Shown: positions 25,301 to 37,300 of the stretch, in pieces
How the letters are laid out: every line of letters starts with the position of its first letter
How positions within the stretch are numbered: the stretch's first letter is position 1
From: Phoronis australis
Lineage: Eukaryota > Animalia > Phoronida
Direction of reading: 5' to 3'
Assembly (NCBI GenBank): GCA_002633005.1
Contig: NMRA01000425.1
Coordinates: forward strand, 282,805-346,804
DNA length: 64,000 bases
Notes under the pieces: generated by a model
What the model was told of the DNA's origin: nothing
Database searches by the model: none
The model's input: the letters and a program-made list of their open reading frames with translations, nothing else
Program-made: the position numbers and the translations under genes

Positions 25301-28300
25301 TTTACTATCACTTGGTTGTCTGAAGATAAGTGACATCACTTACGATTACAGACAAGAAAATGGTGCCTATCTAAGTCTTCTGGCCAATTAAGATCTCATG
25401 TTCCAATATCACAAACTGAGGTTTTAAAAGCGTTGATAGATTTGCATGCAGTAAACTATGTAAGGATTTAAAATAGATTTAAATTCCTAATTAATATGGT
25501 TTATTTGTAATCAAGTAGGCTTCTTGAAAGGTTCTCACGAAACAAAGAGTATGTTTGCCCACAGCCTTTCAATTAATTCAAGGCTTTTCCAACCAACCCA
25601 CTCTGCTGAGTGGGTCAACTGGCCATGTAACTGAGATAAAGACTTGGCAGGAAAATTTTTTGTCAGACTAGAAAATTACACATAGTCTGACAACATGCAA
25701 GAGTAGAGACTGCGCTCCAGTCCACCCCAACACCCCTACTGATCACCAACACCCCTACTGATCATCAACACTCCCAATGATCACCAAAAACTCGCAGGTT
25801 TGCCAACCCAACTGATATCCCCTGGTTTCCCACTTAACTAAAGACAGAGGACTGGGATTTGAACTGAAGACCTTGCAGATGATGACCACAGTGTACTGGA
25901 TTAAATGTGGAGTAAAACTTTAACAAATGGTCAGTCCCCCAAGGAGCCCCATCTCATACTGTCCCTCAAGGAGCCCCATCTCATACAGTCCCTCAAGGAG
26001 CCCCATCCCATACAGTCCCTCAAGGAGCCCCATCCCATACAGTCCCTCAAGGAGCCCCATCTCATACAGTCCCTCAAGGAGCCCCATCTCATTGAGAAAT
26101 AACACAAGCTATGAAAACCATAAAATTCATCACCAAAAGTTAGTATTTGGCCATATATTCAGGCTTTCCAACAAGATGCCCATAGCCTTACGCTTCGCAA
26201 AGCTTATTTTTAGAAATTAAATGTTGTGTTTTCAACACAGACAAAACTCCTGCAGGACACATCAATTAAGCTCACCTGAGGACCCTGTTCAAAGTTACTG
26301 TCAAAGGGGTCGCCCACAGACCTAACCTTTGCCCTCTCAGCGCTACGCTCAAGAAACTCATCGTACACTTTATCCTCAACAAATGTTCTCGAGCCAGCGC
26401 AACAGCACTGTCCCTGGTTGAAGAAGAGCGCAAAATGCGACTGTTCAACCGCGTTCACCACTGAAATGTACAAAGTAGATTAAATTCAAATTGCGAGAGG
26501 ACAATATATTATATAACACATCTTATACTGCCTGATACCCAAGTCACATGGACACATGCTGGTCACTGTTCTCATAATGTCTGGGGACATGTGGCTACTA
26601 TCACGAGAAAACATGAAAGGCATTATAGCTGAATACGTGCTGCGTGAACCTATCGACTCGTGGCAGCATTTCAGAAATCACGAGGCTTTGCAACCTCAGT
26701 TTCAAACTTTGTTGAGTGCCTGAGTGGAGCCATGAGTACATCCATGTCTGGGTCGCATGCAATCAGGTTTTTACGAGAAAGCGCAGAGCTAGCAATGAGA
26801 AATGTTAACATAAACGCATAACGTGGAATTGTCGTAAAGACTCAACTGGGACCTCAGGGGTCTCGCGNCAGGTTTGCCAACTCAACTGATATCCCCTGGT
26901 GTACCACTTAACTAAAGACAGAGGACTGGGATTTGAACTGAAGACCTTGCAGATGATGACCACGATGTACTCGATTAAATGTGGAGTAAAACTTTAACAA
27001 ATGGTCAGTCCCTCAAGGAGCCCCATCTCATACAGTCCCTCAAGGAGCCCCATCTCATACAGTCCCTCAAGGAGCCCCATCTCATACAGTCCCTCAAGGA
27101 GCCCATCCCATACAAGGAGCCCCATCTCATTGAGAAATGACACAAGCTATGAAAACCATAAAATTCATCACCAAAAGTTAGTATTTGGCCATATATTCAG
27201 GCTTTCCAACAAGATGCCCATAGCCCTACGCTTCGCAAAGCTTATTTTTAGAAATTAAATGTTGTGTTTTCAACACAGACAAAACTCCTGCAGGACACAT
27301 CAACTAAGCTCACCTGAGGACCCTGTTCAAAGTTACTGTCAAAGGGGTCGCCCACAGACCTAACCTTTGCCCTCTCAGCGCTACGCTCAAGAAACTCATC
27401 GTACACTTTATCCTCAACAAATGTTCTCGAGCCAGCGCAACAGCACTGTCCCTGGTTGAAGAAGAGCGCAAAATGCGACTGTTCAACCGCGTTCACCACT
27501 GAAATGTACAAAGTAGATTAAATTCAAATTGCGAGAGGACAATATATTATATAACACATCTTATACTGCCTGATACCCAAGTCACATGGACACATGCTGG
27601 TCACTGTTCTCATAATGTCTGGGGACATGTGGCTACTATCACGAGAAAACATGAAAGGCATTATAGCTGAATACGTGCTGCGTGAACCTATCGACTCGTG
27701 GCAGCATTTCAGAAATCACGAGGCTTTGCAACCTCAGTTTCAAACTTTGTTGAGTGCCTGAGTGGAGCCATGAGTACATCCATGTCTGGGTCGCATGCAA
27801 TCAGGTTTTTACGAGAAAGCGCAGAGCTAGCAATGAGAAATGTTAACATAAACGCATAACGTGGAATTGTCGTAAAGACTCAACTGGGACCTCAGGGGTC
27901 TCGCGCTCCACTGGCTTATCTACACTAATTTGAAAAGGCTTTGTCCAGTCATGCATTTTGGGTCATAAATCGAGATAATGCAGGTCATGTTTCTTCAGGC
28001 AGCTCTTATCACCAAACCTTCGGCTTCACGGGCAATAAAATGTGATCGGCCAAACAGACCTGTGATCCCAGACCGTCCGGAGTAGCCTTATTGGCAACTC
28101 CAGACACTAGGATTTAACATTACGGACACGCAGTGGTAATCAGCAACAACACCTGTCCCAAGTTTACTACCATTTACTGGCCAGCTTAAGATATATGCTA
28201 AGGTCCTTCGTTAATGGAAAAATCCTAAAAGCTGGCGTCCATTTTGTGTGAACCTTGAACATGTATGCAGTACTATGCACAGCTGCCTCTAATTACCACG

Positions 28301-31300
28301 GTAACCTGCTTTAGACAGTCACAACTCACTATCAGCATCAGCCAACACTATGTTGGGGCTTTTCCCTCCCAGTTCCAAGGTGACCTTCTTCAAGTTAGTC
28401 GCCGAGGCCGCCTGAGCAACAATCTGTCCAACCTGGCAATGTATACCAACGAGACGTACAAAACAGATGCAAGTGCATGTTAAATTAAGTCTGGGAATCC
28501 GAATACACCCTCACCATTGCTCCAGCAGCAGATTCAATATGATACGCTGTCTTCGTTCTTCAATTGTATGAAAACTTGAGCATGAATTCGACCAGAAACA
28601 ATTATATCTTAAGACCAAGCATCACCAAAATGATGCGACATTGCCAGAGTATCACCATTTTAGGTAACTATGAAACAGACAAAAAATACTAAAATGTTTA
28701 TCAAAACAAAAAATTAATATGCTTGAAAACTATTTCATCAATTTACAAAAAATCAACATAGAAACATAATTCTAATGTCCATTTATGGGTCTTCATTATG
28801 GCTGCGTTTATGTATCATGTAATTTGTTTATCACCTTAGATTGCCAGTAATAACCATTAGGTCCCATAGTTTGAAAGATCATATTTAACTAATAGCCTTA
28901 AAGATGACTACTGCCATCTAGTGTTCACTCACAGCAGTGGATCCTGTGAAGGCCACTTTATCCACATCCATGTGTTCAGCAACAGCAGCGCCAGCTGTTG
29001 GCCCATATCCTGGCACGATATTAACGACACCTGGTGGCATACCAGCCTGATAAAGAGATTGGAAGCAGTCAAGTGTTAAATAAATAAATGTAATGCTATT
29101 TAATCTTCAGTTGGACTAGAGACGCATGGGGATTAGTGTTTTTTCGAAATCAGTTACTTGACCGATTACCGCATTACTGTAAATGTATTTGCATTTGATT
29201 TTATGGCACTCCATTTTTGCATTAAGTTATGAGAAACTGCACACGCAACACGCATTGAATGTCTTGTACTTGACAGCGAACCCAAAGTATGAACAGAAAA
29301 TAAGAAAAAATCACTTCATACAAGTCACACGTATTGATACATTCACACTGCATTACATTTTGAAGCAGCCCCATTGAGAGTAACATCCAAAAATGCCATA
29401 GGCTCGTTGCCATTACAAATGACTGAAGTATGAATGTACCCAATGATGATTTTGACAAAAACCAAGTTGATTCATGCGACTAACAACATTTATGTGATTT
29501 TATGAGGTACACAACAGAAATACTTACTGTAAATGCATTATAACTATCATGATGGTTATCAAGAGTCACCCCCCCCCAAGCAACCACGACNTCAAGAGTC
29601 ACCCCCCCCCCAAGCAACCACGACATCTAAAAGCTCAGTACTGAGGTCTGGAATTCTAGGTTCAGACAAGAATTTTGTGCTTGGTGAGCACTGCAATAAT
29701 GCAAATATCACTTAGGAAGATGCACACACTACAGATAATAAAACAGTTTTACTGCAGCAGCAAACATCTGCTGACCTCAGACCTAGACAGCTGATAACAA
29801 GACCAAGATAAACAAGACAAACTCTGCAAGATAACCCCAGACTACTTGACAGGGCTATTCAGCTTTGTAAGAACCAGTTAATAAAGTCTAGCAAGATTCA
29901 GGCTTGTATAAAAGCCCTTAACTAGTTTGCAATTACGCTTCTCATAGACAAACAAGATGTACACTAATAATTATTTCTTTCAGAGTGGTATTCATTCCAG
30001 TCTTAAATTAAGGTTTCTCAGGCTGCGGGGTGGGGGGGGGGCTAATAATTGGGACAGGGTGACCCATTAATTTTTAATCTCAAAACTTAGACATGATTTC
30101 GTGCTTCGAAAAGAACTGACATCTCAGCATTGCTCGAGACCAGGCTCTATAAGATGGCTTGTCATGGCGGGTCATTTTCTGTGCCAATAATAACAGTACG
30201 TCTCAAGCAAAAAGAAAGTGTCTGGCAGGCTTTTCTTAGTCAAGAAACCACCCCTGACACCTGTTGGAACAAGTTGAGATTAGCTTTACAATTTTGCAAG
30301 TGGTCTAAATGAAAAGACTATGCTGCTGCTGTAACAACATTACACAAACGAAGCAATGCAAACTCCTCGCAAATATTAGGCAGATTTTAATGTTAAGACC
30401 GTCCTCTCAACATTCAAAAACAACCAGTCACACTCTTAAACCAACCAATACTGACTGTCCCTCACTAAACCAAAACGAAATTTTAATGGAAATCACTTGA
30501 GCATTGCGAGAACCATGATCAAAACAGAAGCAGAGCTCAACACTACTAGTCCGTTATTTCTATTATCAAACTATAGCCTGCAATACAGTAAATTAGGGAC
30601 TTGAAAAACAGAAAGTACGATAAAAATTTCCAAATTTGGGACAGTCTCCAAAATTTGGGAGATAGAAATTGAAGCCAACATTGAGTTTTCTTAATTCTGA
30701 AGATTGGAACGATTTTGGGTAATTTTGGAGTACATCATATTTCTCAAATATTGGAAAAGCAGCTTGTATCAACAAAGCCTGAGATAAAATTGCTGAAAAT
30801 AGTTGCAATACAAAATTTGTCTTTCTCATAATTCTTGAATTCGGGACGACCAATATTGACCACCTCTAAATGTTGGTAAGAACTCCAACTTTGACCAAAA
30901 TAATTAATTTTGAACAGCCCCAAACTAGAGAAGTTTTACTGTAAATTGATACACATACAAAACTACACAGTCACGCACACGAGTGAGATCGATACCACGT
31001 GCGAACACTGCCAATCAGTTGGGAGATTTGTAGGTCATTACTTTGCAACTGAAGGTTTGACTTGGTGTATTAGTATTCTTCTATAGTCTGTGTCTGTCAG
31101 TCATTCAGTAGCTTCAGTGCAGTTTTTTACTCAAATCACATTTGAAGTAATAAGTGTCATTGTTTTGTTTACATATAATTGTTTATTTTGTATACACATT
31201 TACTGAAATAATACACAGTTAGCGGAGGTAATCAACCTAAGATTGTAAATGATGATATTGTGTTTGTGAGTTATTGTTTGTACATAGTAATGTTTTAATG

Positions 31301-34300
31301 TATTCATTAGGTACCATTCTCCTGGAGAGTAAAATCAAGAAATTTCCACTATCAGGATCTATTCTAGAATCCAGCTCCATTCAACTTGTCAAGCAGCCTT
31401 TTGTGTTGGCACACAATACTGTGGTTAACCTGGTCAGAGCTTACAGCCACACAAAGAAATCAACAGGTGGACCTTAAGTCTAATTTCTCTGAAAGGCAAC
31501 TGTTTTTTCCATTTGACGTTTTTTGTGAAAGTATTTCATACATAAGACATCTGTTTCACAAGATTTGTTGAAAGTCGTTAGCAAACAGTATTTTCAAATA
31601 TGAGTTAGGGTCATGCACCTGTTTACAACAAAATTGCTGGATTACATGAGCATCAGATGAAAGCAGACAATAACAGAGCTGGCCTATGTAAACATTGGTT
31701 TGCCATTGTCATACTGTTAGGGACAGGGCTGTATCCTGACTGGCCAATCAGTCAATCAGGATACTCATTCCCCAGCGTGGATGCGTAACATGTGGGGTGT
31801 CCAGTACCTTCAATTATAATAAAGTTTTAATGTAAACATCATGTTTTTGTAGGTTGCACTTACATACTTGTACGTGTCTATCTGTAAATTGGTCAGAGGC
31901 CTACATACTGAAATAAACTTATTATTGTTATTATTCATTGTTTGTGCACCAGAGGGAAGCATGGCCAGGTTGCCTATGTCAGTGCAGTAGTGACCAAAAC
32001 TTTGCAGCTGCAGCTTGGGAATCAACCTTACAAGTACCACTTGAATAACTTGCGCCTATAGAAGAAAAATCACATTAATTTTTCAACAGAAAAATAATTA
32101 CCTCAGCCAACAGGGCGGCAACATAGTTTGCCGAGAGTGGCGTTTGTTCAGCAGTTTTCATCACGACCGTGTTACCAGTGGCGAGGGCAGGTGCCAACTT
32201 CCACGCCTGCATGAGCAGGGGAAAGTTCCACTGAAAATAACCACGGCAAAATTCAATGAAAGAAAGCTACAAGACAACAGAGCATGTGAAATTCATACAA
32301 AAGAATTTCAAAGAATCCTTGGCTTAAGTCTGAGAAGAGCTTAAAATCCAATAAGTGGATGAGCGAATTAATAAACCAGGAAAAATGGGCAAAGCAAGGA
32401 GGCCTGTCAATAGTGTTCTGGAAAGTTGACTATATTTGAGTCAATTTTTATACTTAAGCATCTGCTAATTCTTGAACTAAATGTGAACGCAGCATTCCAA
32501 ATATTTCGCTCAAGGTTATGTAGGAACTTATTGACAAAACTGTGTTTCTAGAAAGCTATAGATTTTAACTCATTTGTTTTCTTAAAGTAGATAGCCTGTA
32601 GAATTTGAGTTTTGATTTCTAACTAATCTGTTATTAACAAGTTCGTGTGAACATGTCATTTTAGTAACATTTTCAATTGCAAAACAGAAAATTTAAAGGT
32701 AAAATGTTAATGAAAATAATGACGGATTTAAACTGGCTTGACATGTTTCGGCGTTTATTAAAACACCATCATCAGAAGAAAAAACAGTGGTCACCTTGCT
32801 AGGCCCAACAACACCTGTAGTCCAATCTGTCCGAAAGTCGTCGTCGTCCGTTTTCAACTTCATATAAACACATTTGCTACATTTAATAAAGATTCTGTAG
32901 AGCATTTAGGAAATACAGCCATGGACACAAAAACAAACAAACAAAACTGCCACTAGGGGGACACCACAGTAGTTGAAGTCAACGTAAAATCATCGTCAAC
33001 CGTCCTCTTCATAGTAAGAACATACATGCTAATTTTCGCAATCATCCTTAGAGTGGTTTGGTTGACAGAGGGACAGACGCCAAACAACGGACTCGAAAAT
33101 ATAAAAAATGGCCACTAGATGGTGCAAAATGCCTTGAATCTGTCCGAAAGCGGGAGGATAGCATCAACTCATTAATAGATGCCTATGTGCCAAATTTCAT
33201 GAAAATCGGTTGAGGACCTTTGAAGATACAAACTAAGGCAAACGTAAAAAACTGTAATTGCCACTAGGGAGCACAGCGGTACTCAGGTCGGTCTAAAACT
33301 AGTCGCCCTCTGTCGTCAACCACATAGGAACACACCTGCCAAATTTCAATGAGATCCTGTAAGGGGTTTAGGAGATACAGCCGCAGACGTTGGACGCCCA
33401 GACAGAGATGACGGCAATATGCACATAAAAATGGTAGCAAAACACTGGTATCAATAACATGATCAAATTTTATTTGATATATATTTTCAAGGTGAGAAAT
33501 CAAAAACGCAGTTTTCTAAATATCATTTCGTTTTTGTTTTATGTAACTTAAGTTCTATTTTTGATGCAAAAGTGGAATATTTTAAATACAATTCTGGACA
33601 GCCTTATTGAGAACAGTGCATAAATCAAATTGTTTGAGAGTTTCATATGAATCCCATCCTCCATTTCTGAGATGTGACGGTCCGAATCAGCTGAATTTGG
33701 CCATTTTTCTACGGTTCTACATAACTTTAAGGTTATGTACAACTTAATCAACAAGTGTGTGAATTTAACAAAATATCTTCAGAACTATAGAATTTGACTC
33801 AAGTCTATATTTTCTAAAAGCAGAAAATCTGCAGACTGATCACATCTTAACATAAAAGAAAGGTACACTCACTACAAAACAACAGTATTTAAAACATGAC
33901 CAAATTTCATTTGACATCAACGTTCATGAGAAATCTCAAAAACGTTGTTATAGTTTTCTAAGCTATCATTTCGTTTTCATTGTAAGCAACTTTTCATTTC
34001 TTTCATAAAAATATGAATATTTTGGATAACTGCTCACGCAATGGTGGATCACTTTAAAAAATATTATTAAAAAGCATTTGGTATAACAATGCATAAAGCA
34101 CAGCACTTCAAAGTTTCATTTGAATCCAACAAGCCATTTCTGAAGTACGATAATCCAAATTTTGCCAAATTTGTACGATTTTTTTCCTATATAACCATAA
34201 TAATCACAGATTACTTACTGGGATGATCTGTCCACATACGCCAACAGGCTCGTGACGAGTGTAAGTGAAATAATCGCCATCTGTTGAGATTTGGAAAAAC

Positions 34301-37300
34301 TAAATACAATGCACAAATGGGTTGGTTGTTCCTCTAGCCAACCAAAGTTTCCAACTTTTTACTAAATTTATCCACAATAACTCAGAAAGTTGTACAATAT
34401 AAGTCATAATAATAAACACACACATCACACACTCAGTCAATGGTCGCTCAGTTTTCGACAATATAAATACAATTTAGCAACACCTTCCCAGAAATTTTAG
34501 TAAATTCACAATATAGGAATAAATGAGTCAAAGTTTCTGGGACTTATTTACAAGGTGTTCCATCGAAATTTGAACCCTAGTGTAAAACACATATTCCAGA
34601 GTTCTTCAAACCAGCAAACCAGCCTGAAAAACACGAAACCCGACCTTTAAAACAAGAACCCGGGTATCGGACAGGAAACGCGGACAATTTTTCAAAATTA
34701 ACGGAGACAATGTTAATAGCCTCAAATATTGAGTTAAATAATCTTCAAGTACTTTCCAGTTATTCTCTGCATTCGTTAAAAATTGTCAATAATAACTTAC
34801 TTAATACTGTATTGACTTTATTTGACTGTTATCAGTGAAACTCAACATAATCACACTTTCAACACGTTATCTCGATGAATATTTAGTTAATTTCAGATTA
34901 TTCTATAATTTCTTCAAAAAAAATTTACAAAAATGAAAAACAAAAATATTATTTCGACTTTTGAGTGTCGTTGTTGATTGATTCCTCTAAATACCTTCAC
35001 AATCGGCCACATTTTAGGGTTTGTCAATTTACTTGTCGAGAATACATTACTTCCGGCACAATTTCCGAATTTTGAAGTGGACCGTGAGAACCACTCATTC
35101 AAAAGACTTGCACAGTCACCAATTTCACCCTTCTTGCCCTCAAAAAGAGTACTTCAACTCCTAATTGATCCTTAAGACAGGATTGAATACTGCAAATCAT
35201 CCATCACACCAGCACACGTCATTTCTTAGTGTTCACTCTCTGTCGGTAACACTCTGCACGTCCGCGAGTAAAACAGGTTCTTAAGAATCATCACTTTTTC
35301 CGCTAGAGCCTAGAGATCAGTTAAGTTGTCTAAAATTCTCATATAGTAAAACACAACTATTTAACGTAAGAAGATTTATTTTTTCATCAAAATGTGAAAT
35401 TGATACACGTTATATGAACACAAAAGAACTTTAAAGATACTTAAAGGTACTATTTTCTTGAGATAAACAATGTTTGACAGAAAGTGCGGAAGTGGTGGAT
35501 CGGTCTCCGGGTGTCCTCAGGCTGTCCGATCCCTGGCGTTCTTGTTTTGAAGGTCGGTGTTCGTGGTTTTCGGGTTGATTAGTTGTTTTGAAGGTGCTGG
35601 AAATCTGTTTCGACTCCGGGATATCAGTTTTACACCTGGGTTCCAATTTCGATGGACCACGATTTACAAAATTTACAAGCAAAAGATGGGTTTTTAGAAA
35701 GAGTGACATTCAATTGAGCTACATAGATATATAATTTCAACTTTCACTAAGCACTACTGACGGAGATCAACTGTTTGACAAGACTACTATACACTAGAAA
35801 TGTGACCCCTCTCCAAGTCCTGTCTCAAAGCAATTAAGACAAGACCAAGTTGTTAATATACAATTTTAAATCAATTGAAGTAAATTAGCAACAGTAAATC
35901 TTCCTGTAGAAGCAATCGATCAGACAAGTCTCTTCAGTCCATGGTGATGGAATGTGCAATTAGGAAAGCTTACTCAACATAATTAATAATCATAACATAA
36001 GGGTTTCACAGCAAAAGGTGGCGCTGCATAGGTTTTCAAAAGACAACACTTTTATGCAAACAACTTCAAAGAATGTACTTACGCACAGGGATGGTTTTGC
36101 CATGGTATTTGTCCGCCCAGCCAGCGTAGTAGCGATAGCATTTAATGGTAAGGTCAAGGTCAGCTTGAAAGGCTACTTGGTACGGCTTGCCGTTATCCAA
36201 TGTCTCCAGGCTCTGAACAAAGAATACACAAAGGACTGAGTAACATACAGCAGTGAGTCCAAGCTGCACAAAATAAGCTCTGAAGTAAGTTAAAGGTACA
36301 TAGGCCTCCTGGTTAGTGTCTGCCTAAAGGCTCTAGGGAAAAGCGAGAAGACGGACTAAACAAAGCCCGAGTGATACAGACTTTAGTTTTTGATAACAGA
36401 AACAAAAAGAAAGTTAACGCAGACACTGAGCAGACGAACTTAAAGTGACACAGACCGCGTTATCAGCAATTAGATAAATCAGACTGTTCCAGTTGCCTTA
36501 TTTAGACAGTTATTATGTTCCAAAAGTTGTTCAATAGCTGACTTTCCAAACAGCTCCACCATATTGAAATTCACTATCCCGCCAGACGGCGATCGGGTAT
36601 TTGGTGGACAGGCATTCAGAGACAACTACAGAATGCCGACAGGAGGTTTCAACCTACTGGAATAAACAGCATTTGAACACCACTCCTTCTATCATAATGC
36701 CGGCAAATTTCCACTGCTAAGCAGTGGGTTGTACTAATGTCTTACAAAAAAGCAAACCTTCAGAAATATCAATGGATGAACAAGGACATCATGTTCCATA
36801 CATTTCCCACAGCGACAAAGATTCAGCGAAAAAACCAGTGGCTGAGAATTTCAACCCCAGACCATAACACGTTTTGATCGTGATAGAACGACCCGAAAAA
36901 CCTTGCCTCATTTTCAGGTCAGTGGAAATTCCTGAGAAAACCAAAAACCTTTGTTTGGCCGGTAACATGCGATTTCCCACCTATACACATTACCTGATGG
37001 CGTTAAGTTCCATTGGCAGACCAGGCGTAATTACCATGTTCATTGACCCTACAGCCTGAATGGGTAATGAACTACTGAAATCACTGATAAAAGCTTTAGA
37101 AGTTTATAGTCCCTGTAACCCCTGTGATTCTATCACGAACATTTCACGTTATGCGGTGCCAAAAAGCTAAAATAAATTACTGAACTTAAACTAATCAAAC
37201 AGTGGGAGGGTAAACTGTGGTTTTTAATCCTCTGTTTTTGATTGAACAAATGATTATGTTGCCACTTTCTGTACACCAAATCTGAGACTGGATCAATTGG

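Noticed and set aside
25905-26220. SR-like or repetitive ORFs ([14 protein letters not shown]); similarly 53192-53437, 20518-20819, 61086-61887 and 63200-63723
   Set aside because: They are translations of tandem repeats or TE subrepeats, open in several frames, with no splice support.
29560-29625. 31-bp direct duplication
   Set aside because: Centred on an N at 29591; typical contig-overlap artefact.
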